The notes below the pieces were generated by a model. It searched no databases. It had not been told where the DNA came from and saw nothing but the letters and a program-made list of their open reading frames with translations. Shown piece by piece: positions 12,838 to 26,135 of a DNA stretch of 64,000 nucleotides. Location: the NCBI RefSeq assembly GCF_009914755.1, contig NC_060944.1; one strand, given 5' to 3'. The stretch is from the human T2T-CHM13v2.0 reference genome, Homo sapiens. The position numbers and the translations under genes are program-made. Position 1 is the stretch's first letter. Each line of letters begins with the position of its first letter.

Positions 12838-13842
12838 ACTCCAACACCCATCCATCTAAAACTCCTCTCCAAGGGCACGAGTAAAATGCAACTTGTTTCA
12901 TAATAAGTCCCAGGAGTTTACTTTAAAGACATGATTACCCAGAAGGCAATGAGAGCTGTCTACAATTTCTTTTGTTTTAAGAATATTTCTATCCTAAAGA
13001 AAGACAGGGCAGCACCAAAGTTTCACTGGAAATTTTGGCTTGTGAATTATACAGGAAATAGAAATTTTGCATATCTGTGATTGATCGTGGATTGGACCTC
13101 ATTCCCCCAATTAGAGTTGCTCAACTATGGAGCATAAGGCTCCATCAAAAGCCCAACTATCTGTCACATCAGCATTAGGCCAAGCTGTAAGCTGACAGCC
13201 TTTATTCTACAGTGGTTTCATTGCTGGGATCAATGACTGTTTCAAAACCAAGCTGGGGCATTGCATACTCGAGCCATTATTATAGCTACTATTAGCAGTG
13301 TCCTTACCAGGTACTTTGCACGTCTTATCTGACCCAGGCCTCCCATCAGCACCATGAGGGGGATGCTTTTAGCATCTCCATCTTACAGATGAAGACACTG
13401 AGGCTTAGCCAGATGAAGGGGCTTCTCCAGCTGAGTGGTGCCGGCAGTACTTGCTTTGCAGCCTAGGTTCCTTATCATGTTTCCATTCACCTGGATGGAG
13501 TTGAGTCAAACTGCCTCTGGCCGCCTCCAGCTTCCTGCTGGGCTTTGCTATTAGGGGCACCAAAGAAGATCAGAGGGTCGGAGAGAAAGGGTTTGCAAAT
13601 TTGCAAATATGCAAAATTTCTATATTTTGTATAAATCACAGGCTGAAATTTACAGTGAAACTTCAGAGCTATCCTGTCTTTCTTTAGGTTAGAAATATTC
13701 TTGAAACAGAAGAAACTGTAGACAGCTCTCATTGCCTCTGGGTAATCATGTCTTTAATGTAAACTCCTGGGGCTTATTATGAAACAAATTGCATTTTATC
13801 TGTGACCTTGGAGACAAATTTTAGATGGATGGGTGTTGGAGT
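12838..13842. repeat. Inverted duplication: arms 12838-13074 and 13607-13842, about 88% identical
   Basis: Hand alignment of the reverse complement: about 28 differences in 237 bp. Confidence 0.95.
13270..13470 (-). mobile_element. MIR inside the inverted-repeat spacer
   Basis: atcttacagatgaagacactgaggctt. Confidence 0.75.
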
Positions 13843-14404
13843 AAAATTGAGTCTGGGCTGCCTGTCTACCTTGGTACCAACTTCTACTCTTGTACTTTTC
13901 TCATTGTGTTGCATTGGCTCATACTCAAAGGTTAAAAAGAAAAATTGGCACAAGCCACATTTGGTCCACAAACTCCTTGCCCTCCAAGGTTCTTAAAGGG
14001 CATGAAATTTTGCTGGATCACGCTTCAGAGTTGCTCATAACATTTCTGATTTTATTGAATTCCCCCCTCCTCCCTTTTTAGGTCCTTAGGTAAAACTCCA
14101 CTAAAACAAACAAACAAACAAACAAAAAAACAATGACCCATTGCCAGCAATCCTCTGGCTGCACCTTTTTCTGTTGTCTTTAGATTCATGGAGTAGACAT
14201 TCAACTAAGCAGAAATCCTCCTCCAACCCTTACTTCTTCCCTCTCACCAAACATTCCCATGCCTGACTCTTCTTTACCTTAGAAATGTCCTCGTTATCCC
14301 CATTAGTATCAGCTGGTTCCATTAGGACACAGATATCCCGACCTGGACATTCTAGAGATTTATTTCCTCACCAGGCACTGGTTTGGTAAAGTTCTCCTTA
14401 TTCC

Positions 14405-14605
14405 ACAACATGAGCACTGTTAGCATTTTGGACCTGACAATTCTCCATGGTGGGGGCCATCCTGGGCATTGTAAGTTGTTGAACAGCATCCCTGGTCTCT
14501 ACACATGAGATGCCAGTAGCGTCTCCAGTTGTGACAAACAAAACTGTCTTCAGATATTGTCAAATATCCCCTGAGGCCAAAATAACCCCTAGTTGAGAAC
14601 TACTG
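14405..14605 (-). mobile_element. MER20 (hAT-Charlie)
   Basis: agcatccctggtctctac...ttgtgacaaacaaaactgtcttcagatattg...gttgagaactactg. Confidence 0.85.
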
Positions 14606-16619
14606 GTTTAGTGAATGACAAGTGGGGCCTGGCAGCAATACAGGTAGCTCCACACATTCCTACACATCAAGGCTCCTTGGAACATGCTCAGTGGTGACTG
14701 TGAGTCTCCCTCAGGAACAGGGGAGTTAGAAGCCCCCAAAGTGAGGATCCCAGTGCTTTTTTTTTCTGAAGCCCTTTCATATTTTATGCCTATAGAAGCT
14801 TAGGGTCTTAATACATTCATTTCTGCATGGGTGGGGTTTCAGTCTGCAACAAGATCTTGTAGGGATGCTATCGCTGGCTATTAGGTGATCACAGTTCTGT
14901 GCATTGTCTCACCCAGTCCTCACAGTAACTCCAAAGACAGGTTGTATTATGATCCTATTCTATAGATGAAGGAACTTAGGAAAGTCACACATCCAGGCCA
15001 TACAGGTAGAGAGTGATGAAGCCAAGACTTGAGGCGAGGTCTTTTTGATTCCAGGTATGGATTGGCTGATTATAACTGCTTCTTTTGTGATAAGAGAGGG
15101 TACTGGGACTCCTCTACTTGAGAAAGAAATGCAGTAAGTGAAAGAAATGGTGGAAACTCAGATGCTGGACAACACATCCAGGAGGCTGGCTCCTCTCCAT
15201 CAATAAACCAAGAACAGTTGCTTAGTGCTGTCACTTCAGAAAACTGACTGAGAGAGGCCAGATAATGATCCTTCCTTCTCCATATCTATCTGCCAGTCTA
15301 ACTTCTCAGTTCCATGTTCTACTTAAGGGGCAGGAAGGCTTTATTCAGTTGTGCTATTGCTATTCAACGAGTGTTGCCACCTAGTTTAGCTACAATCACA
15401 ACATGATTTCATTTGATAAGCTATGTGAGGGCAGAACAATGTCTGTATTGTTTGCCATTTTATTCTCAGCACTTGGGGCTCTCAATGAGCATTTCTGAAA
15501 TGAATGAATCAATGAATTAATGGATAAATCTATCTTGAGAAAGAGTAGGTAAATTTTTACTTTTATTGCTTTTCTTAGATTTTTAATCCATGAGCAGGAA
15601 TTAGTGATGGGTTTCAAGATGATCAAACTTAATGTGGTATGTACATTATTGATGTGGAATCTTAAAAATCTCTACTGTCCATTATATGTACTGAAACATC
15701 ACTATGTACCCTATAAATATGTACAATTATTATGTGTCAATTAAACTAAAAGGAAAGAAAATATATACAAACGGGTAAATCTGTGTTTCCAATACACATC
15801 TTTTGAATGACAGCAGAGCATAATACGGTATTTCATAAAAGCAAGACAAAACACAACAAAATGATTTGGGGGTACATTGACTCATGATTAAATAACAGTG
15901 ACACTCCTAGTAGGAAAGATTTGCCCATTGGATTTTCTTTAAGTCCTTCTGTCTGGTTGGGGAGAAAGTCTCAGCTGGTGCTAACGTAGTCTTTAACACC
16001 ACACTATCACTTGTTAATCTCCCTTTTTGACAAAGGAAGAGGAGACTTCAGGCTCAGACCCTTCAACAGGCAACAAGTCCAGATAGAATTTTATAGCATT
16101 TTAATGTTTATATTGTGACATATTCAAGTTGGTCATCTATGTAAGGCAAATGACACTTGTGCTTTACATTTATGGTTTTTGTAAAATATTTCCCTTTTAA
16201 ATAAATCTAGGAAACCAAAAAGGAAGGGAAAGCTATTGAAAGTAAAGCATTTCATGTCTTTATAACAGTTATTGCATAGATATGGCAAACATTTTTGATG
16301 CAGTACACAAATGGATGGAATTTAAGAAATACTGTCACACCTGCTAAGAACGAAGATGGAACTGGTTTTTAATCCTAAATTTACACCTTGCTAGAAAGGT
16401 GGACTTCAGGAAATTCTTTTGCTTTTCCAGGCCTTGATTGTCCTCAGATGGAAATGGGGATGGTATGTACATCATAGTTTTTTAAATAATATTTTAATGA
16501 GATAGAATACTTTATTACCTGGCATTTAGGAAGAACTCAAAAAAAGGTTGCCATTTGTTGTTTAGATCTTGTTTACCCATAAGCTGATGCCATTAAAGAA
16601 GGACAATAATACCAGGGAA

Positions 16620-16990
16620 TGAAAAATATGCCTTCTTTTATTTTCAGATGGTCTGGCTTGATGATATCCAACCTGACGTGGCCTGAAGAGACAGACAGTG
16701 GCTCTTGCTAGCTAATTATTGTCAGATGGATCGGCAGCCGACCAACGCTTCTGAAACTATTGTTTTTGGCAAATGTTCCTCAACATTTTCCTGGTATATA
16801 AATAATGATCCCTTGCAGAAAGTCACTTCCTTTAGTTTCCTTGGTGTACGTTTCACAAATGGTTTGTTTTGGCAGGTTCTCCAGGAAGTCACTTTATCAT
16901 AGCTACAGGTGGTTTATGAAGAATTCATTTTGGTTAAGGAGGACACCTGATTAGGCCTGCCTTAAACATTTTCAGGCCATAGCTATTTGG
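16620..16990 (+). mobile_element. Ancient LINE reverse-transcriptase fossil (L4/RTE-X-like)
   Basis: LLFSDGLA**YPT*RGLKRQ (decayed YADD region) then LANYCQ...WYINNDPLQKVTSFSFLGVRF...W, a non-LTR RT thumb motif. Confidence 0.75.
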
Positions 16991-18097
16991 GAAATGTTAC
17001 ATTCTCTTGGGTCTTGACCGTCTATTCTGTGTCTTGGGGCAGATTCAGAACAAGATTCTGTGTAAAATCTGGAAATTTTGGCTTTGGCTTTGGAACTGGG
17101 TTATCTGACTCCCATCCAAGCTTTTTTGTTGTTGTTGTTGTTGCTGTCTCCCTCTCTGATCATCTAATACTCCAAGAACAAAGTCCAGTAACCAGTGTTT
17201 TTGAGATGGAACCAAATGGTGAAAGAAAGAGAGAGGGAATTTTAAAGGGCTGTTGATCAGGAAAGACATATCAGAGAGTGAGGTAGCTTGGAGAAAGGGA
17301 AGGGAGTGGTGCTTGGGGGAGGGTACCTGGATCCTGGGGGCCCACTCACCACCTTTATAGGGGCAGTAGATAGGAGGGTAATGTCAGAGGATTGCTTAGT
17401 GGTCGAGTACATCTTCTTAGGGGCAACTAATTCCCTCTACTCCCAGCAGGGTTCTACCAACAGACCGTATTCATTAGCACAGAGGTTGACTGCTGTCATA
17501 GGGACCCAGGATGAGTTTGGCTTAACCAAAAGAGAAGCCCTTTCTCTCTCTAAGCCTAGGGCTGCTATAGTATGGCAGTACCATAGTATCAGTCATCCAG
17601 CACCTTCTTACTTGTTGCTTCTCCATTTTTTGACAACTTCCTTGTTTGTCTGACTCAGAATGGTTTACTACCATCCCCACATTTCAGCTAGGGGGAAGAA
17701 GTAAGTGCAGACGAGTGGGCAAGGTGCTTGAGAAGCCATGACCCAGAGTTTGCACATATCACCTCACTTAACAACCCTTACAAATATTTACCAAGCACTT
17801 CAGACTCAAGCACTGTGAATAAAGCATATTAGATTTCTACCTTCAGTTTAAAAGGCCAATTAGCATTCTTCAGGGGCTACAGTCTCATTTCCTTGCCCAT
17901 AAATAGTTATCAAATTTTCAGAAAAACATATTCATTGTTTCCTATATTCATTGTTGTGCATGAAGAACATTGTTGAGTTCTGCCTGAGTGCTGGGGTAAC
18001 AGCAAAGACAGTAGGCAGATCCTCCCTGCAGGGAACATACAGTCTGCTGAAAAATAGTAATGAACAAATATGTGAGCAAACTGAAAAAGCAGTTGCA

Positions 18098-18536
<439 letters not shown>

Positions 18537-18589
18537 TCATTAGAAAGCTTATCCTTGAGAAGAAGGGAGCTGAGAAGGAGGGAGCCAGG

Positions 18590-19030
18590 TGAAATTCTGG
18601 GATGTTGGAATATTATACAGCAGTGAAGATGAAAGAGCCACAGCTATATGCAACCATGTGGCTACATCTCAGAAGCATACAGTTGAGTGAAAAAAAAAAT
18701 CACCTAAGACTACATACACTATGATACCATTTTTATCAACCTCAAACAAACAAAACCAAGTAGCATATTATTTCAGGATGCATACATATGGAATAAAACT
18801 AAATACAAAAAAAGACATGAGAATGATAAACACAAAATTCAGAATAACGTATACCTGAGTGGGAGAGAAGGAGAAAATAACAGGATATTCAAGATAAAGT
18901 GACAGTTTTAAAGTTAGATGGTAGGTTCCTGGATGCTAGTTTTGTTAGTGTGCTTTCCAACTTACACATGTGTTAAATGTATTTTTGAATGTGTCTAACA
19001 TTGCTTAATACAACACATTTTAAAAACATA
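18590..19030 (+). mobile_element. Old L1M (L1ME-like) 3' end
   Basis: ggaatattatacagcagtgaagatgaaa...atgataccatttt. Confidence 0.7.
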
Positions 19031-19034
19031 GAGG

Positions 19035-19400
19035 AGGGGCATTCAACTCAAGTATCTAGGGAGTCCAGGCAGGCAGTGTAAACTGGTGAAGTGGCTGAGT
19101 GGGTCCCTGGGGAACACCAGAGCACCTGCCTCATCTACAGGGGTGCCACCGCCCAGTCCCTGCCTGGGGTTGCCGTGTGAGCTTGCAGGCCAATTACCCA
19201 ATAACATCCATCCAGAACTTCCGATTTTTCTTAAGGAGCCTCACATCTGACATCTGCATTTTTACAAAGCACTATTCCAATGCTGGCAACGATTCCAAAT
19301 TTCAAAAACTCTGTGGGGGCAAACAATACCCTTTGGGAGGCATACCAAGTCTCAGAAATAGAGGAAGTACTTGGAGGCCAACATTAATTCCGTGCCTATT
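19035..19400. mobile_element. MER102-like hAT relic
   Basis: caactcaagtatctagggagtccaggcaggc...gagcacctgcctcatctacaggggtgcc. Confidence 0.55.
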
Positions 19401-19552
19401 TGCAACAAGAATGCCTAAATGTATTTCTATCATACTGCGCTGCTCGAATGCAGGCAGGAAGGAAACCCATCCCCTCTGCGTTCCCAGAGTGTGCTATTTC
19501 CAACCTGTGGCTCTGCTGGGTTCCTGCGCCTCTCTCACTTGTGAGCTCTCAC

Positions 19553-19715
19553 CTCTAAGTTTGGAACGTGTGAAGGTGGTGCCAGTGCAGCTGAGAGCAG
19601 GCGGGCAGGAGCTCAGGCTGCGTCTCCATCCGAAAGCCTGCTTTCTGCATAGCACCCTCGCCCCCGGCCTTCCAGGCCCGGCTGTGCATGGTATTTGCAA
19701 CACTCTCATTTTCCC
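19553..19715 (-). pseudogene. Relic exon candidate (163 bp, probable 1-bp frameshift), GENESVANTMHSRAW.../...ALSCTGTTFTRSKLR
   Basis: Minus strand: cctccccccacggcccttTAG| acceptor, AG|GTGAGA donor; overlapping ORFs 19555..19848 and 19494..19709. Confidence 0.5.
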
Positions 19716-19789
19716 CTAAAGGGCCGTGGGGGAGGAATGGGCAACCTGCAGCTAGGACCATGCTGCTGAGATCTAATTTACGTTGTCCA

Positions 19790-20048
19790 CTGTTGGGACC
19801 GAACACTTTCCATGCAAGAGTATGCAGACCCCAAGGGACATTTGGCAATATGTGGAGATATTTTTATTGTCACAACTGGAATGGGGGCACTGCCCAGATT
19901 TGTGGGTGGTGGATTGTGGGTGGAGGTCAGGGATGCTGCCAACCATCCTGCAATGCACAAGACAGCCCCCCTTCCTCACCCCAACACTCCAACAAAGAAT
20001 TATTCCACTGAAGAGGTCAGTAGTGAACAGTGCTGAGGCTGAGAAACT
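19790..20048 (+). mobile_element. MER20
   Basis: gggacatttggcaatatgtggagata...gggatgctgccaaccatcctgcaatgcacaagacagcccc. Confidence 0.85.
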
Positions 20049-21581
20049 CTTTTCCCTCTGTCTGCTCCCACCAAAAGACAAAGGTAAATAAAGCCCACTC
20101 CCTGTGAGTGATGAAAGGTGTGTGTTGGGGGTGGGGTACGGTGAGGGGTGTAACATGAATTTAGAAGAAATGCCCTTTAGCTAGAGCTGGGATTTGTGGC
20201 CACTATTTTTGTTTTTATTAAAGCGTAATGCTCACAAGCAGAAGAGGAGATTTGTTATTCTAAAGACAGTTGCACACCAAAGCATGCTATTGTATAATCT
20301 GGCATTTTCCCCACTAGGGAGCTATGGTGCATTACTCACGAGTGACAGAACCAACGAGCTTCATCTCCCAAGAGGCTGGTGCATCTGTTTAAAGGAGCAG
20401 GCACTAGGCAGAGCAGCCCCCACCCCACCCTCCATGGCAGAGTGCAGTGGGGGAAGGTAAGCTTCATTTCAGTCACAGTGAGGATGAACCATGCATTGAT
20501 TCTATGCCCGCCCCACTCCCACTCCCCAAAAGGAGAGGGTCGAGTCCAGTTGTGTTCTAGTAGCGGGACCACAGGAGAGGAGGCGATTATTCTAGGCTTC
20601 AGTTCAATAAATGTGATTAGGGAAGTTCTAGCTCTTTCTGCACCTCAGTTTCTCAGAAGACCTGTGCATACTGGGGCCAAGAGCTTGGGGTTTGGGAGTC
20701 AGTTGGGTGTCATCAGTTTGAATGCAGGTTCAGCGCTTACGGTGTGTGCCCTTGGGCCTTGACTTCTCCCTGAGTCTTGGTTTTCTCATCTGAAAAGTAG
20801 GGATAATAATGCTTGTCTCATAGGGTCACAAGAGACAAGGATTATAAAGCACTCAGCACTTGCCAGGCATGTAGCAAGGATCATTCCAGTATTCAGAGAT
20901 AAAAGGAAGTCAACACATCTTCCCTTTGCACCTCGCAGAACAGTTGGGAATTGAAATGAAACTATGGATGGGAAAATACTTGGAAAACTTAAAAGTGCAA
21001 TATCAGTGAAATGTAATGAAATCAATGTAAACATCAATGCAAATAGCGATAGTGTTTATTGTGCTGATCCAAATAAAATGGAAACATTATTACACACTAT
21101 AATTATAGCCAGTTAGAAGTGGAAGAAAATTAGGTCTGCGTTAGTTTAAACCTTCTGTTTTATAAGGGGAGAAATTGACTTTAGTGGCAAAACTTTCATG
21201 AACCCCAGCCTGGTGCCCTTTTTCCACTCCCCACAAAGTTAACTTGTTTAATTTGGCAGCCAGTTAGAGCATTACGGCATCAGATGGAAGGTCTGTAACA
21301 TACAGACATAACCCTCAGTTTCTTCATCTCTAAAATGGACATGATAATGAAACCCAACTCACAAGGTAGTGATGAAGAATGAGATCATGCAGGTCAAATG
21401 TTTAGCAGGCATGCCTAGCCCATGGAAAGTCCTCCAGAAACAGTAATTATCATTATCCTTATTAATGGTAGTAATTGAGATGACATCTGTACATGTATCT
21501 CTCCCAGAATCTGACATAAACTGGAGGCGGGGGGCAGGGTGGTCAATATATATTCATTTGTGCCATTGCAGATAACAGTAC

Positions 21582-21774
21582 CTCAATGTTCTGAGAAACA
21601 TTGGTGGGGACTCTAAGTCTTCCTGAACAATTCACCATCACATTGTCTGGTTCCTGGACATCCCAGGGGAGGACCTGGACAAGCCAATGACATCCTTTTG
21701 TAGCTTCAGAAATGATAAAAGCTGTCTGACAGTCTAGAATTCGGACAGGGGTAGAATTCTACAAGCCAAAGGCC
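21582..21774 (-). pseudogene. Relic exon candidate (193 bp), AFGL*NSTPVRILDCQTAFIISEATKGCHWLVQVLPWDVQEPDNVMVNCSGRLRVPTNVSQNIE
   Basis: One stop in 64 codons; GAG|GTACTG donor; weak acceptor, with THE1 inserted about 25 bp upstream. Confidence 0.4.
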
Positions 21775-21799
21775 CTGATACTAATTTTGTTCTAGTCTT

Positions 21800-22158
21800 T
21801 GTATTAGTCCTTTTTTACACTGCTGATAAAGACATACCCAAGACAAGGTAAATTATAATGAAAAGGAAGTTTAATGGACCCACAGTTCCACGTGGCTGGG
21901 GAGGCCTCGCAATCATGGTGGAAGGCAAAAGGCACATCTTACATGGCAGCAGGCAAGAGAATGAAAGCCAAGCAAAAGGGGTTTCCCCTTATAAAACCAT
22001 CAGATCTCATGAGACTTATTCACTACCATGAGAACAGTATGGGGGAACCTCCCCAATGATTCAATTATCTCCCACCATGTCCCTCCCACAACACGTGGGA
22101 ATTATGGGAGCTACAATTCAAGATGAGATTTGGGTGGGGACACAGCCAAACCATATCA
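21800..22158 (-). mobile_element. THE1 (MaLR) solo LTR, THE1B-like
   Basis: tgtattagtcc...cacagccaaaccatatca; 5-bp TSD gtctt/gcctt. Confidence 0.92.
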
Positions 22159-22227
22159 GCCTTAGAGGATTTGTGAACATTTAGGGTGGGCAGCAGAGAT
22201 CAGTCACATGTTCCGATGGCCCTAGAC

Positions 22228-22715
<488 letters not shown>

Positions 22716-22721
22716 CTGGAG

Positions 22722-22918
22722 CAGCATTGCTCTGCTACAGTACTGCTGATGTTTAGGGCTGGCTAATTCCTCGTTGTGGAGGGTACTGTAGGGTGTTTAG
22801 CAGCATCTCTGGCCTCTATTCACTAGATACTGGTAGCAGTTTCAACAACCAAAAATGTCTCCAGACATTGCCTAATGCCCTCTGTGGGGCAAAATCTCCT
22901 GGTTGAGAACTGCTACTG
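22722..22918 (-). mobile_element. MER20
   Basis: tttagcagcatctctggcctcta...aaaaatgtctccagacattgcc...ggttgagaac. Confidence 0.85.
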
Positions 22919-24208
22919 TAGACCGAGATGATTAGAATCAAACCCTAGTCACTTCTTGTCATAGCAGTATGACTTCAGTCATATTGCTGTACCTCTCTAG
23001 GCTTCTTCATCCATGTAATGGGTACAGGGATGCCAACCTCATAAGATCCAAGTAGAGTCTAAGAGATAATACAGGGAAAGCACTAAGCACAGTTTCTGTA
23101 CACATTGAGCAGCTTAATTCATGTTAGTTATTGCTTTTGAGCCCTCCGTAGCAGATCAACTTAGTGCAATGTTTTTTTTCCTCCCATCAAGAAGTTTTCA
23201 TAGAAATGCTTTCTATAAAGCATTTTCATAGAGAAAGCAGGTTCATATAGAAAGCACTGGCTGCTGGTTGGAGTGGAGAGATTGAAGACCCTCATCTAGG
23301 ATCAAGCAACCCCCAGAAAACAATTTTAAACATGTCCATTCAGACAAAAGGAGTCCAAAACCATAAGATCCTCTCAGCATCCTGAACTAATGTCCAGCTG
23401 TTATCTCGGTGAGTAGCTCCCAATCCTTAGCTCAGAAGTGACTGACTACAAAAGCATATTCCAGCTTTTTGAGCATACCTCCTGCTTGCTAGCCAGGGTT
23501 GATACTACAGAGATGTCTTTCCAGTTTTTAGAATTTAAAACAATGATCTGGTCACTCACATTTTCTTTCCCAACTTTGCTCTAGAAGTGAGCTTTCAAAT
23601 CTGGAGCACTTCTGCGTTCTGAATTCCCAAACAACTCCTGTTCAAGGGTGATCTATATCTATGCTGCCACACACAAGGGATCATGGATTTTTCTTTGGCT
23701 GTCAGCTCTCAAAATTACCCAGCAATCCCAAAATGAATTTCCACTAATCTGACAGTTTTGCCTCTCCTGACATGATGTACTGTATATTCAGTGGTCAGCA
23801 GGGACTATTTAATTGCAGTTAAGCCTGTGCTGTTCACTGTGGCATTCAAAATAGAGCAATGTGTAACGTGGCTACCCTTACTGACTCTCCAGGCCCAGAT
23901 GGGTGGGTGGAACTCAATTTTGGGGGGAAACTTCTACTTGGGAACATTTAGTAATTAAGTTTTACTGACTAGCAGCTTTAATTCTTTCACTCTGAAGATT
24001 TATAAATGTTAGAATCAAAACTAACATCAAATCTCTCTACAAGGTAGAAGGAACTAAAATATCAGATGAAACTGATGATGAGTTACAAATGGATTAGAAA
24101 CTCAAGAAAGGAGAGATTAACATTTTCAGAGTACGTACTATGTGCTTGGCAGTTTGCAGGTGTTATCTCACTTTTCTCTTAAAGCATTTCAAAGAGGCAG
24201 GGACATTT

Positions 24209-24229
24209 CCCCCCCCCCCCCCCCCCCCC
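24209..24229. repeat. C21 homopolymer inside a MIR (about 24110-24370)
   Basis: 21 consecutive C. Confidence 0.95.
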
Positions 24230-25239
24230 GTTTTACAGATGCAGAAACTGAGGACTTAAAGAGATTAAGTTACTGCCCAAGACCTGTGGGTTGTGTGAGC
24301 AGAGCCAAGATTTGAGCCCAGGTTTTTCTGATAACAGTCTAGATTCTTATGCCCCCACACTAAACTTCCCAAAAGATGCTAGATGTCATTGGTTTTTCAA
24401 CTGTTTATTTGACGGGTGGAGAAACTGAGGTGTAGACAGTTCAAAGTGACTTTCTCAGAATTAAGTTATCTCAGGCTCAGGAAATTAGCCTGTGGGTATT
24501 CATAAGTCTGATTATTAAGAATAATGCGGTGCTTTGCTGCTTATAAAGTGCTGTAACATCCATTATCTCATACTAAATTTTGGTTTTCAAGCAATTCTGT
24601 TATATGAACTGATAACTCAAAAAGAAAAGCATTTTGAAAAGTGCTCTTTTTCCCACTGTTGAATCTAATGATAAATATCTGCAGTATAACCACAAAAATG
24701 CTACTGTAAGGTGCCATGAACACATGAAGAGCAAAGACTTAAGTGGATTCACGTATTCAGCAAATATTATTAAGCTTGTAATATGTGCTAAGCATTATTC
24801 CAGGTGCTGGGAATACTGCAGTGAGTAAAATATTTAAAAATTCCCTACCCTAAGAGGGCTTACATTTTGGAGGGCGCAAGCAGATAACTAAGTAAATGAG
24901 CGAGATATATAGCATGTCAGGTCATAAGTGTGAGCCAGCAAAATCAAGATGGGAAGGAGAGAAGGGGGCACTGGAAGCAGGGATTAAGTGGAGAGGGTGA
25001 TGTTTGAATGCAGACGTACAAATATGAAGAACAAGCTTTTTTAGTATATCGGGAAGAGCATTCCGGGTAGAAGGAACAGCTAATGCTAAGTCCTTGAGGC
25101 AGTAAATATACACTTTGTTATGTTTAAGAAACCCTAATGGTTAGCGATGTGGCAATTTTTCATGGACTTATTTGCCATTCATATGTCTTCTGTGGTAAAA
25201 TATCTGTTCAAGTCTTTTGCCCTTTTTGGGTAACTGTTT

Positions 25240-25615
25240 TTCTTCTTCTCCTTTTCCTCCTCCTCCTCCTCCTCCTCCTCCTCCCCTTCTTCTTCTTCTT
25301 CTTCTTCTTCGTCTTCTTCTCTTCTTTACTTCTTCTCCTCCTCCCCTTCTTCTTCTTCTTCTTCATCTTCTTCTCTTCTTTACTTCTTCTCTTCTTCTTC
25401 TTCTCCTTCTTCTTCTCTTCCTCTTCCTCTTCTTCTTCTTCTTCTTCTTCTTCTTCTTCTTCTTCTTCTTCTTTTTTCCTCTTCCTTCCTCTTCTTCTTC
25501 CTCTTCCTCTCCTCTCCTTCTCCTTCCCTTTCCCCTTCTCCTTCCCCTTCCCCTTCTCCTTTTTCTTCTCCTTCTCCTTCTCCTTCTCCTCCTCCTTCTC
25601 CCTCTCCTTCTCCTT
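25240..25615. repeat. Compound (CTC)n/(CTT)n/(CTTCTC)n tract at an Alu tail, with pure (CTT)15 at 25429-25473
   Basis: Read directly; explains ORFs at 25137-25790. Confidence 0.95.
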
Positions 25616-25616
25616 A

Positions 25617-25909
<293 letters not shown>

Positions 25910-26121
25910 TAAGTTTTGAATATCTTATCCCTATCAATGACTTGTCTTTTCATTCCTCTAACGTTCTTAATTTTGATCAAGTCCAATTTATCTTTTCTCT
26001 CCTTTATAGATTGTGCTTTTGGTGTTACATCTAAGAAATCTTTGCTTTTGATTATTTTAAAAATTGATTTTCTCATCAAGTAAAAGAAAATGTACTTTCA
26101 AGTTCCTTTAAGTATATCCAC

Positions 26122-26135
26122 GTTGCCTAGGCAAC
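26122..26135. promoter_or_regulatory. Perfect palindromic RFX X-box GTTGCCTAGGCAAC
   Basis: Matches GTNRCC(N0-3)RGYAAC; 14-bp palindrome in non-repeat DNA. Confidence 0.6.

Noticed and set aside
19099-19719. 206-aa plus-strand ORF
   Set aside because: Starts in a MER102-like relic with a non-ATG codon and ends antisense to a relic exon; no domain recognised.
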